DNA from: Candidatus Jordarchaeum sp. LHC_1308
GTDB lineage: Archaea > Asgardarchaeota > Jordiarchaeia > Jordiarchaeales > Freyrarchaeaceae
Length of the DNA: 24,814 bases
Direction: 5' to 3'
Assembly: GCA_019057675.1 (NCBI GenBank)
Contig: JAHLWX010000025.1
Span: 1-24,814 of the forward strand
Within the stretch, counting starts at the first letter, position 1; the number at the start of each line of letters is the position of its first letter. The notes under the pieces were generated by a model that did not search any database, was not told where the DNA came from, and saw only the letters and a program-made list of their open reading frames with translations. This document shows positions 1-9,718 of the stretch, in pieces. Made by a program: the position numbers and the translations under genes.

Positions 1-8
1 CTCTAAAG

Positions 9-530
9 GTGAAGGAAGTCCTCCTAAGCCTAAGGGGGAAAGCTATTACACCGTTCACAAGTGATGCCGCTGAGGAGTGGATCAGCAAGAAGGAAGGAGT
101 CTTCCAGCTCTCGAGAATACAAGCCCAGAAGATACTGGAAAGAAAGTGGAACATAGGATTCTACGAAGGTACAAGATTCTCCATTCATCCTGTGAAAAAT
201 GATGCCGAGATAACAGAAGTCTACGGCGAAAAAATCTATAGGAGCCTCGGGTTCTCAACAATCGAGGCAACTGTTTCATCCTGCGACGAGGCGCTCTTCT
301 TACCCTGCCGCTACGAGGTTGAGGACGCCGTTTTCCTAGAGGGAAAACCAGTCGAGGACATAAGAGAAGTTGTCTCCTATGAAGGTCTCTTCTGCGACAT
401 ATTAAAGGAAGGCGAAAAAATAAGGGTGCATGGCAAGCTCGAGAGAGTTGAAGGAAAGAAGGGAGAATATTATCGTGTGTTGGTCGGCTCTCAGGAGGCT
501 AACGCAAGAGATTATATACACATCTTATGA
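9..530 (+). CDS. hypothetical protein (may extend upstream past the window edge)
   Basis: Long ORF with a GTG at 9 and no in-frame stop between position 3 and 9, so the 5' end may be cut by the window. I recognised no motif. Confidence 0.45.
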   Translation: MKEVLLSLRGKAITPFTSDAAEEWISKKEGVFQLSRIQAQKILERKWNIGFYEGTRFSIHPVKNDAEITEVYGEKIYRSLGFSTIEATVSSCDEALFLPCRYEVEDAVFLEGKPVEDIREVVSYEGLFCDILKEGEKIRVHGKLERVEGKKGEYYRVLVGSQEANARDYIHIL

Positions 531-845
531 GCTATAAGTAGTAGTCAGTATTTTCTCTCCGTCTTTAATGAATGACTCCCATAATGCTTGGGCTTCCTTC
601 GCATTGTTTGAATCCGAGAGTCTTAAGAGTAGCTTTAGGAAGGCGCTTATCAAAGGGTGCTTTATCAAGTGTAGCTCCTCGGATGTAACGTTAATGTAGC
701 TCACCAGCGACGATTCAACTTTAACGGGCTTACCAGTTATGTCCTTTAACGTAACGCCTTCGTCATCGACCTTAACATATACTATGTCGCCTGCAACTTT
801 CACTTCGCCATCACGAGCTACAACCTTGACCTTAAACTCACACAA
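525..845 (-). CDS. CooT-family (PF10133-like) small beta-barrel protein with a C-terminal helical extension
   Basis: The ORF 525..983 contains MCEFKVKVVARDGEVKVAGDIVYVKVDDEGVTLKDITGKPVKVES, which resembles the CooT signature (N-terminal Met-Cys-Glu, alternating beta strands). A TTG at 845-843 gives M-C-E and sits 8 nt after a perfect GGAGGTG. The longer ORF would overlap the divergent gene starting at 955. Confidence 0.6.
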   Translation of the reverse strand: MCEFKVKVVARDGEVKVAGDIVYVKVDDEGVTLKDITGKPVKVESSLVSYINVTSEELHLIKHPLISAFLKLLLRLSDSNNAKEAQALWESFIKDGEKILTTTYSS

Positions 846-954
846 ACCTTTAGCACCTCCATCTAATAGCGTTCCAGCAAACGTTAAAAAGCTTTTTAAC
901 TTTAAAACCTGAGTTTTAACTGTTCCCCTCATTAATTGAAAGCGAGGGAGGCTC

Positions 955-1614
955 TTGTCCAGTAGGGAGTACCACCTCTGCACCTTTCATCCCAAGTATG
1001 TAGCAACTGGGCGATGCATAAGATGCAAACGCCTTTTCTGTAAGGTATGCCTTGAAAAAACTAAAGACGCCACTAGGGAAATTTGCATAGAATGCCTCAC
1101 GCATGAAGAGCTAGCTAAAAGGAGTAGTGTGAGGCGCATGTTAGCTCTTTACATAGCAGGCCTTGTTGCAAGTATTGCGATAATAATGAATGGCCTTCAA
1201 AGTCAGTATCCGCCACTTCTTCAGATGTTACTTATACCTGACTTATCCTTTATGATCCTCCTGCAGTGGTACTATCAGGGGAGAACACCTATTGAATTGG
1301 TTTACTTTGCTCTTGCAGCCATGGGCGGCTTCGCCGCGTTCGCCACCATGGAGTTCAGGAATGCTCGCAACTTAAGAAAGAACCTTTTGAAACATGGTTT
1401 TTGTCCAAACTGTGGAAAGGTGCTATTCGGAAATACTACCTGCCCTAACTGTGAAAGGGAGCTTTCCGAGAAGCCTCCAGAATACCCTGACGTTGAGTGG
1501 TTGAGAGACTACTTGAAGATGGAGAAGCGCAAGGCGGTAGACCCTGATTTTCTAAAAGAGAAAGAGAAGCGTCTCAGGTCAAAGTACAGGAAAAGAAAGC
1601 CGAGGAAAATCTAG
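955..1614 (+). CDS. membrane protein with an N-terminal Cys-rich zinc finger and a C-terminal zinc ribbon
   Basis: TTG start preceded by GAGGGAGG. N-terminus is CTFHPKYVATGRCIRCKRLFCKVCLE..CIEC. There are hydrophobic segments in the middle. C-terminus has CPNCGKVLFGNTTCPNCE followed by a basic tail. Confidence 0.55.
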   Translation: MSSREYHLCTFHPKYVATGRCIRCKRLFCKVCLEKTKDATREICIECLTHEELAKRSSVRRMLALYIAGLVASIAIIMNGLQSQYPPLLQMLLIPDLSFMILLQWYYQGRTPIELVYFALAAMGGFAAFATMEFRNARNLRKNLLKHGFCPNCGKVLFGNTTCPNCERELSEKPPEYPDVEWLRDYLKMEKRKAVDPDFLKEKEKRLRSKYRKRKPRKI

Positions 1615-1617
1615 CCT

Positions 1618-2727
1618 CTATAGGCTTGCATTATAGTTTATCAGAACTTCTGGAGAGGATCTAAAAAAAGCTAGGCTTGCTATGGCGCCTATGATTCCTC
1701 GCTTACCGGTGACCTCGTAGACGCTAACGCCAGTCTTCTTGGCGGCGTCCTCTGCCTCCTTCACGGTGACCTCCATCTTTCTCACCCTGTTAGCGAAAAT
1801 CTTCAGCTTTTCGGGAATGGTTAACCCTTTCAAGACAGCTATCGCCGTGTTCTCCGAGTACGTTTTCTTTTCCACTATGTTTATAATTCTGCTGACTATG
1901 GAGCCCACCCTTTCAGGGGGCGCTGCTACCTCTATGAAGCTTGCGGCGTTCCCCGCAGTCTTATACTTCACATTAGGGTTTAAGAGGACAACCTTGTGGC
2001 TTATCCCCTCAGCAATCCCCTCAAGGTCCTTTAGTAAGGATAGTGCCAATGCCCATGTGGCTCCAGACTCGACGGTGTCCGTGTCATCTATCCCTATAGT
2101 CAAGTGCTCAAGGCAGTCGGTGGTGATAATCCCCCTAACATATCCCTCCACCTGCTCCACTCTCAGCTCCCTAACACCCTGAGCGAACATCATGGTCTCC
2201 GTCAGCGCATGGGCCGGTCCCCCCACTGCTCTGATGGTTTGAAGTACTTTTCCACCTGACACCTCAACTTTTTCAACAGCCATAGATGACTCTGAAGCAA
2301 CCTTTCTTTGCTCTCCGAGAACAGCAAGCTCCCTTAGGAAGGCTCCCTCGTATCTCGACTCCAATACGGCGCCACCAGCCTTAGAATGCTTAAATGCACA
2401 AAAAATGACCGCCCCCTCGCTACTACATTCGTGGTATATCTCGACAAGACCATTGTCAAGGTCTACACTGGTAAATATGCGCTTACATGCTGGATAAGGA
2501 AAAACATCCCTCTCCACGTAAGCGTACCTTGCTGGCCTACGCCCGACGGCTTCTTCAACGATAGTAACCAATCCCTCATCAACTAGGCGGCGTATCCAGT
2601 CTTGAACGGTAGTTCGAGGAAGCCCGGTCTCCTCGACCACATCTTGTATCGTAAAGCTACCCTTCTTCAGCGTTAAACCTCTAACCAACCTCAAACAGAG
2701 AGCCCTTCTCTTAAGAACCTTTGACAA
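1618..2727 (-). CDS. winged-helix DNA-binding domain fused to a TiaS TCKD-like (agmatidine synthetase kinase-domain-like) module
   Basis: N-terminus FTIQDVVEETGLPRTTVQDWIRRLVDEGLV looks like a wHTH. The C-terminal half has LTIGIDDTDTVESGATWALA...VVLLNPNVKYKTAGNAASFIEV...GKRGIIGAIASLAF. This parallels the TiaS N-terminal motifs as I recall them: IGIDDTDS..GCTTY, RLNPNIPxKTRGNGA, GxIGALAA. Confidence 0.6.
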   Translation of the reverse strand: MSKVLKRRALCLRLVRGLTLKKGSFTIQDVVEETGLPRTTVQDWIRRLVDEGLVTIVEEAVGRRPARYAYVERDVFPYPACKRIFTSVDLDNGLVEIYHECSSEGAVIFCAFKHSKAGGAVLESRYEGAFLRELAVLGEQRKVASESSMAVEKVEVSGGKVLQTIRAVGGPAHALTETMMFAQGVRELRVEQVEGYVRGIITTDCLEHLTIGIDDTDTVESGATWALALSLLKDLEGIAEGISHKVVLLNPNVKYKTAGNAASFIEVAAPPERVGSIVSRIINIVEKKTYSENTAIAVLKGLTIPEKLKIFANRVRKMEVTVKEAEDAAKKTGVSVYEVTGKRGIIGAIASLAFFRSSPEVLINYNASL

Positions 2728-2787
2728 CTCTTCACACTCCCCTTCGATAGGAGGATCTATGGTTTGAACCCGGCTTGCAGCTTCTCG

Positions 2788-3894
2788 TTACTCAGCCTTG
2801 ATAAGAGAAAGAACCCTATTCCAGTCTATCTTTTTCTCCCTCTTACATTTAGCGCTTAAGGGGCACGAAGGACATACTGTGAAGTAAAAGTTCGGGTCAT
2901 CCTTTCTCTTAAGAGTGCAAACGTATCCGTCTTTAACAAGTTGGTTAAGCATAGCCTTAAGCGCATCAGCACCTAGCTTAACGTGAAAATCTATTTCATC
3001 AATCGTCTGCGGTTTCTTGATTATATACAGGTACTCGAGAATTATTGCTTTCTCGTCACCGTAATCTTTCTTAAGTACATCGAAAACGGTGTAATACTTC
3101 TCTTCTGGTGGGGCTTCTCCTTTAGCCTCAGCAGCCTTTTCCACTATTTGAGAGAGGATAAGCTGAAGTTGAGCCGATACATTATTCATGCGATCCAAGA
3201 CTCCCCTCAGTAAGCTTAGCTCCTCCTCTCTTTTCTCCTTCTCCTTCATGATTGCCTCCATTTTTTCCTCGATTTCTTTCTCTTCCCTGAAGAGCTGCAC
3301 CAGAGAGTCCAGAGCCTTCTCGTCCCCCCTCCCTCTCTCCGCCGCCTTGACCTCTTCGTCGTACCTTGCCTCAAGTAACGTCCTCGTTTTCCTTTGCTGA
3401 TCACTTACCGTTGTCAGCCTCTCCTTTGAGCTCGCAATTCGTCTCTCAACTTCTCTGGCCGCCTTCTCTAACATGCTACCGTAGCACCTAACTAACGCCG
3501 GAAGCCCTCCCTCCTGCCTCTGTAGCATGGCGGTTGCCTCGTCAAATATAAAATTCCTAAAGATCTCCTTCTCAATATCGTTCTCCACTATAACCCCAAG
3601 AATAAGCATGTTTTCACTTTTACCAACAGCCCCGAAAAGAACGCTCTCCCCATTAACTTCGACCAGCTCAACCCTTCCTATCTTAAACTCATATTTCGAA
3701 AAGAACGATATAATGCTATCCTCTGAGAGCTTAGAGTCGTGGAGAAGAGCTCCCTCCAGCGAAGACTCCATATCGGAGTGTCGCGTCAGAAACACGCCTA
3801 AAGGCATACTGCCAGCCCTCCATTCCTCAATTAATCGGAAATGTAAACGGAAACGAAAAATTTTTCTAGAATATAAAAAATCTTCTTTCTCCAC
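2788..3894 (-). CDS. coiled-coil protein with a C-terminal winged-helix domain and Cys cluster
   Basis: The central ~120 aa are rich in E/K/R heptad-like sequence. The C-terminus has IILEYLYIIKKPQTIDEI...LNQLVKDGYV (wHTH-like) followed by CPSCPLSAKC. The real start is probably an internal Met (M30 or M42). The N-terminal alpha/beta domain might be roadblock-like, but that is weakly supported. Confidence 0.5.
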   Translation of the reverse strand: MEKEDFLYSRKIFRFRLHFRLIEEWRAGSMPLGVFLTRHSDMESSLEGALLHDSKLSEDSIISFFSKYEFKIGRVELVEVNGESVLFGAVGKSENMLILGVIVENDIEKEIFRNFIFDEATAMLQRQEGGLPALVRCYGSMLEKAAREVERRIASSKERLTTVSDQQRKTRTLLEARYDEEVKAAERGRGDEKALDSLVQLFREEKEIEEKMEAIMKEKEKREEELSLLRGVLDRMNNVSAQLQLILSQIVEKAAEAKGEAPPEEKYYTVFDVLKKDYGDEKAIILEYLYIIKKPQTIDEIDFHVKLGADALKAMLNQLVKDGYVCTLKRKDDPNFYFTVCPSCPLSAKCKREKKIDWNRVLSLIKAE

Positions 3895-3903
3895 ACATCT
3901 CTA

Positions 3904-4863
3904 TCAGTAGCGTATCCCTTCTAATAGGCACACAAATATTGAGGCCGCAGTCAGATCCGCTGTAGTGCCTGGATTAAGTTTTCCTCCGGCGCCGTGCAAC
4001 TCCTCATCTAGCATCCAGCAAAGTTTCCTCCCATCGGGTGTCGATGCCCCTCCTGCCTCAAGCACTTCCTTCGCCCTCGCGCTAACGTATTGCGCAGCCC
4101 CGATCCCCGCCTTCCTAACTATTAATGTATCCGGCTTCTCGGAAAGTATCCTCAGAAAAGTATTCACAGTTGCAATGTTAACATCGCCTTCCTCCTCAAT
4201 GTACTTTTTAAAGTTCGGATATCCTAGACCAAAAACTGTTTCCATCCCGTTAACCCACTCTGCGCTAATGGAATCCCACTTCGCGCTAATGGCGAACACC
4301 TCTTTTAGTGAGATCCCCTCCGAAATGATTTTTTCTCTGAACGAGGGGTCATTAACGTCGTGCCTCTCCACTTTGCCAAGTCCGCCAGGTTTCATTAAAC
4401 GTATTGCCTCATAAACTTTAACAGCATCCTCCACGGTGGTTCCATCAATCACCCTTAAAACTTTCTCTTTAAGGAGGGGCGCCGTCACTTTATTTGAAGT
4501 GGCGAAACACATTCCTGCAGCCGCGGAAAGTGGAGAGAAAAGCAGTATTTCTCCGAGGTTGGTGTTTCCTCCCTTATGCCACCTACAAGTAGCCTCAACA
4601 GCCTCGAAAATAAAGTAGCCCACTTGTATCTCTTCAATGTTTATTTCTCCAATCTCAGCTTTCCCTCCTCTTTCGGCAAGCCTTCCCATCGACGGGCCTA
4701 CTGCTACTGCGCCAGCCAAGAAATGCTCAAACCTCGTGTCATTCGCATCACGGGTGCGGTGCACGTTTCCCGGCTTAGGGAAACCGCTTACTTCGAGCAA
4801 CATTGCCAGCGTGGCGCACTTGGCGACGTACTCCTCAAAGCTTTCCTTCATATCCTTTCCCAA
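3904..4863 (-). CDS. citG: triphosphoribosyl-dephospho-CoA synthase family protein (CitG/MdcB-like)
   Basis: Contains the CitG-family motifs FPKPGNVHR near the N-terminus and KLNPGTTADLTAAS near the C-terminus. Length is 319 aa. Confidence 0.75.
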   Translation of the reverse strand: MGKDMKESFEEYVAKCATLAMLLEVSGFPKPGNVHRTRDANDTRFEHFLAGAVAVGPSMGRLAERGGKAEIGEINIEEIQVGYFIFEAVEATCRWHKGGNTNLGEILLFSPLSAAAGMCFATSNKVTAPLLKEKVLRVIDGTTVEDAVKVYEAIRLMKPGGLGKVERHDVNDPSFREKIISEGISLKEVFAISAKWDSISAEWVNGMETVFGLGYPNFKKYIEEEGDVNIATVNTFLRILSEKPDTLIVRKAGIGAAQYVSARAKEVLEAGGASTPDGRKLCWMLDEELHGAGGKLNPGTTADLTAASIFVCLLEGIRY

Positions 4864-4895
4864 GGCTTTATAGTGTAGGGAAAATGAAAAATAAA

Positions 4896-5513
4896 TTATT
4901 TGTGATATAATTCTTTAGTTAGTAAGCTTTGGTTAGTGTAGGGGTCGATGTGCTTCTCGACTTCCTCTATTATTTTCAGAGAGACTTTTTCAACGTCGCT
5001 GTTTTTAATGCGTATCACTACGCGATCCGTCGTTTTGAGGGCTTCCTCGTAGCCCTCAATTATTTTTGCAACGTACTGCGGGTCATCCTCATTCCATTCC
5101 CTTGGCCTACCCTGCCTTTTCTTTATTTTGGGGAGCACGCTCTCAAGTGTCTCGTCAAAGTAAAAGATGATATCTTCATCCCAATCAATTACCTCGTAAA
5201 TCTCCCTTAAAAGCTGGCGGTCCTCCCCGGAGCAGAGAGCATAGGAGTATGCGAGGACACATAGAGGGCTTCTATCACATACGATTACTCCTTTCTTGAT
5301 CCGTTTCAGAATCCTGTTCCTCTTTAGCATTTGCTGAAGAATCCATAACTCCGCCCTGAAGGCAACCTCCCTGTCCTTCGAGCCGAAGGGATACTTAGGC
5401 GAGTCCATGAATTCTGGGAAGAAGACCCAATCGGCTCTCTTTTCCTGTAGCCGCTTGAAAACCGTCGTCTTCCCGCATCCATGAACACCTTCAAGAGCTA
5501 TCACCAATCTCAA
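4896..5513 (-). CDS. P-loop nucleoside/nucleotide kinase (deoxynucleoside kinase / thymidylate kinase-like fold)
   Basis: Walker A motif LEGVHGCGKTT sits at the N-terminus, with DRSP downstream. Size is ~205 aa. TTG start. The gene lies 32 nt upstream of citG on the same strand. Confidence 0.6.
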   Translation of the reverse strand: MRLVIALEGVHGCGKTTVFKRLQEKRADWVFFPEFMDSPKYPFGSKDREVAFRAELWILQQMLKRNRILKRIKKGVIVCDRSPLCVLAYSYALCSGEDRQLLREIYEVIDWDEDIIFYFDETLESVLPKIKKRQGRPREWNEDDPQYVAKIIEGYEEALKTTDRVVIRIKNSDVEKVSLKIIEEVEKHIDPYTNQSLLTKELYHK

Positions 5514-5608
5514 CTTTCGTCCCTCAGAAGCGCTGCTTCACTATTACTCTTTAAGTCCTCTTTTTTACACTGCGTTATACCGAGGTATTGTGGGCGTGTT
5601 CTCGTTTG

Positions 5609-5863
5609 CTATTCGAGGACGACATAGAAGTTTTGGCGGAGGTCTTGTAAGTTCGGAACTTTCTTTACCAGCTTATAGTTAAGCAAAACCTTTAGAGCAT
5701 ACCTTACTGTTCTCGGTGCAAGTTCTGTCTTCTCGAAAAGCTCTTTGGGGGTTAGTGGCCCTTCCCTTCTTAATACGCTTAGGACTTCAAGTGCTGAGGG
5801 GGGCAAGTTGTCCACATACTCATTTTCTTTGAGCATCTGAGTTGCTAACACCATGAAGGACAC
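5609..5863 (-). CDS. small winged-helix transcriptional regulator
   Basis: 84 aa. ALEVLSVLRREGPLTPKELFEKTELAPRTVRYALKVLLNYKLV is a typical wHTH (ArsR/MarR/TrmB-like). An AT-rich promoter region lies directly upstream. Confidence 0.55.
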   Translation of the reverse strand: MSFMVLATQMLKENEYVDNLPPSALEVLSVLRREGPLTPKELFEKTELAPRTVRYALKVLLNYKLVKKVPNLQDLRQNFYVVLE

Positions 5864-6097
5864 CTTACATTCGACTATGTATAAATAAATATTAAATAAA
5901 ATAAAAAATTTTTACATAAAAAACAGCGGCACCTATGTTCACCATATATCAAAAATAAAAAACATATTCAAGCATAAATAAGAAATGTATACATAAAGAG
6001 AAATCGAGAATTTAGGCACGTGAAAAGCATTCAGACATCCTAAAAACAACAGCAGCCGAATCGGAAATAAATAAGAGAAAAAGAAAATCCTCAAATA

Positions 6098-6502
6098 TTA
6101 AGCTGGCTTGAACGCCAGTATCATCTTACCGTCCCTCTCTAGGAACTCAGCCTCCACGTTTATACCCAACCGAATGCTCTCCGGCCTCTCTACATCGAAT
6201 CCCGTTAAGCGTGCCGTTATCTTTGCGCCCTGCCCCAAATCCACGACGCCGAAGGCGTAAGGTTTCTCTCTTCCATACCCCTCAGCGACAAGTGAAGTTG
6301 GGGGAACATAAACTACGGAGAACGTCACAAGCTTTCCTTTTCCATTAAGTTCAACCCACTCAAGCTCTGTTCCATGACACTTCTTACACATAGGTCGTGG
6401 CGGCAGGTTCACCGTCCCACACTTCTTACACTTTGCAGCCATAATCTTTCTTTTGCTCAGGAACTCCCTAAACCTGCTCACCGTGAACTCCGATGCGCTC
6501 AT
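6098..6502 (-). CDS. DUF35 zinc-ribbon/OB-fold protein (thiolase-associated)
   Basis: Has CKKCGTVNLPPRPMCKKCHG (rubredoxin-like ribbon) followed by an OB-fold-like C-terminus. It lies 6 nt downstream of the thiolase gene, the standard archaeal pairing. Confidence 0.8.
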   Translation of the reverse strand: MSASEFTVSRFREFLSKRKIMAAKCKKCGTVNLPPRPMCKKCHGTELEWVELNGKGKLVTFSVVYVPPTSLVAEGYGREKPYAFGVVDLGQGAKITARLTGFDVERPESIRLGINVEAEFLERDGKMILAFKPA

Positions 6503-6508
6503 AAAACC

Positions 6509-7762
6509 TCACCTCCTAAAAATGTGGACGACACAGCTTGCCCCTGAACCGCCCACATTATGCGTTAATCCTACTTCTACACTTGGAACCTGCCTTGCTC
6601 CAGCTTCTCCCCTCAGCTGATGCCATATTTCCACCACCTGCGCTGCCCCGCTTGCCCCAACGGGGTGTCCCTTCGCTTTCAGCCCGCCTGAAGTGTTTAT
6701 CGGCTTATCCCCGTCTCTCTTCGTTAGTCCCTCCTCAACAGCCTTGCCTCCCTCACCTGGCTTAAAGAATCCGAGATCCTCCGTCGCAACTATCTCAGCT
6801 ATGGTAAAACAATCATGTACTTCAGCTATCTGAATGTCCTTCGGCTCCAAGCCCGCCATCCTGTAGGCTTCCTTAGCAGCGATCCTCGCCGCTCTAAGCG
6901 AGGTGAATTCGTCCCTATCATGTAAGGCGAGTGAGTCACTACCCTGCCCCGTTCCAACTACGTATATAGGTGTGTCAGTGAATTTTCTCGCCACCTCCTC
7001 AGCCGCCAAGATCACGGCTGATGCCCCGTCGGTAATCGGGCTGCAGTCGAAAAGTCTGAGAGGCCACGCGACTATGGGGTTTGCCGCAGGATCGCTTAGA
7101 AACTCCATCTCGTCCTTCCAGTTTGGAACAGGGAGCCCTCTAGCTTTAGCCTTCTCAATCCTTGCCCTCATTATGTCTCTTATACTGGATTGGAATTGTG
7201 CCTTCGGGTTCAGAGCACCATTCTCATGGTTTTTAATACCAACCATCCTCAGCTGCTCGACTTTTGTCCCATACTTTTTCATGTGAGCGTTCGCTATCTC
7301 CGCATATAACCCTGGAAAAGTCGCCCCCGCTGGGAACTCGTACATCGCATCCGCAGCCGACGCCAACACGTCAGTTACCCTCGACGTCTCAAGGTTAGTC
7401 ATCTTCTCGACTCCACCGACACAAACAACGTCATGTGCCCCCGAAGCCACCGCCAGCACACCAAGTCTTAAAGCAACACCGCTACTCGCACAAGCATCCT
7501 CTATTCTCATAGCGGGACCAGGCGTTATCCCAACCACGTCGGCCATGAGGGGACCAGTATGCACCTGCCCCTCGAAAATATCATTAGAAAAGTTTCCCAA
7601 GAAAAGCGCCTCAATTTCCATCGTCTCTATTCCGTTATCCACGCTGTTAAAAGCCTCGATGAATGCCTCCGCAAAAAGCTCCCTAGTCGTCTTATCCGAA
7701 AACGCCCCAAATTTACTCATGCCAGCACCTATTACCGCAACGCCTCTTGCAAGCTTCCCCAT
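6509..7762 (-). CDS. thiolase (acetyl-CoA C-acetyltransferase, archaeal/SCP-x type)
   Basis: Thiolase motifs are present: GAGMSKFG, EDACASSG (active-site Cys), HDCF, NTSGG, GHPVGASG. I moved the start to the ATG at 7762 (MGKLARG) because GGAGGTG lies 6 nt upstream of it. The ORF track start is 7771. Confidence 0.85.
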   Translation of the reverse strand: MGKLARGVAVIGAGMSKFGAFSDKTTRELFAEAFIEAFNSVDNGIETMEIEALFLGNFSNDIFEGQVHTGPLMADVVGITPGPAMRIEDACASSGVALRLGVLAVASGAHDVVCVGGVEKMTNLETSRVTDVLASAADAMYEFPAGATFPGLYAEIANAHMKKYGTKVEQLRMVGIKNHENGALNPKAQFQSSIRDIMRARIEKAKARGLPVPNWKDEMEFLSDPAANPIVAWPLRLFDCSPITDGASAVILAAEEVARKFTDTPIYVVGTGQGSDSLALHDRDEFTSLRAARIAAKEAYRMAGLEPKDIQIAEVHDCFTIAEIVATEDLGFFKPGEGGKAVEEGLTKRDGDKPINTSGGLKAKGHPVGASGAAQVVEIWHQLRGEAGARQVPSVEVGLTHNVGGSGASCVVHIFRR

Positions 7763-7764
7763 GA

Positions 7765-9611
<1,847 letters not shown>

Positions 9612-9718
9612 CCTCCCTTCCGAAGACCGTAAAGTTAAATTTACTCTCTACTGTTACTGATTTGCAACATATTAAAATGTTTTAGCGGGCTACTATTATT
9701 GAAAACTGGTGATAGGCC

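Noticed and set aside
846-983. Upstream extension of the CooT-like ORF
   Set aside because: It overlaps the divergent gene at 955 and has no SD. The family signature requires Met-Cys-Glu at the N-terminus, which the TTG at 845 provides.
5864-6097. The AT-rich spacer as a replication origin
   Set aside because: I could find no repeated ORB-like elements, and there is no adjacent orc1/cdc6 gene. It is kept only as a low-interest observation.
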